From positions 128,001 through 192,000 of IMG/VR virus record IMGVR_UViG_3300014205_000172: a stretch of DNA of 64,000 nucleotides; one strand, given 5' to 3'. The first letter of the stretch is position 1; every line of letters starts with the position of its first letter. Below the pieces are notes generated by a model. The model was not told the origin of the DNA, did not search any database, and worked only from the letters and a program-made list of their open reading frames with translations. The position numbers and the translations under genes are program-made. The stretch is from a virus (taxonomy: Duplodnaviria; Caudoviricetes). Below are positions 63,934-64,000 of the stretch, piece after piece.

Positions 63934-64000
63934 CTATATCGATTACATTTGCGTTGCAATATGGCTCATTGGCGTCATTGCTTTGTTTGCTCACGAGATC
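63926..64000 (+). CDS. Partial membrane protein running off the window end
   Basis: TAAGG SD; MLDYIDYICVAIWLIGVIALFAHEI... Confidence 0.55.
   Translation, partial: MLDYIDYICVAIWLIGVIALFAHEI

Noticed and set aside
1-64000. Integrase, transposase, rRNA or tRNA genes
   Set aside because: No such motifs or cloverleaf structures were recognised by eye; a tRNAscan/Infernal run would be needed to exclude them formally.

Overview
This 64-kb window looks like part of a phiKZ-like (nucleus-forming, Chimalliviridae-type) jumbo phage, probably infecting Pseudomonas. That call rests on gene order, protein motifs and a close AmrZ homologue; no database search was run, and phiKZ gp numbers are from recalled synteny. 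Bases 1-16 kb carry the conserved virion block (gp87-gp101-like genes, including inner-body/internal head proteins with S/A/G-x-E prohead-protease sites). Bases 17.3-22.4 kb hold four tandem internal-head-protein paralogues on the minus strand. From 22.5 kb on is a dense plus-strand accessory region: membrane micropeptides, an AmrZ homologue, dTMP kinase, a frameshifted Nudix gene, a giant thymidylate synthase, a Cys-phosphatase, two AAA+ ATPases, a TAXI-like periplasmic protein, a second Nudix hydrolase and many hypotheticals. It is punctuated by a recurrent early-promoter-like motif (YACATYAY) and by CATA-hairpin-TATG palindromes. The strongest candidates for something undescribed are three. 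(1) An operon of six paralogous ~70-80 aa microproteins with an N-terminal D-x(0-2)-RKK motif, a C-terminal [DN][YF]T[RK]-like motif and variable centres. It is followed by an AAA+ ATPase, an HTH gene and a degenerate prohead-protease paralogue, all bracketed by near-identical palindromes (34.5-38.0 kb). (2) Two divergent copies of a structured non-coding RNA motif with compensatory base pairing (62.3 and 62.9 kb). (3) A probable -1 ribosomal frameshift (GTA_AAG plus stem-loop) that fuses a ParB-like domain to a capsid-internal protein (25.9 kb). No tRNA, rRNA, CRISPR array, integrase or transposase was recognised.
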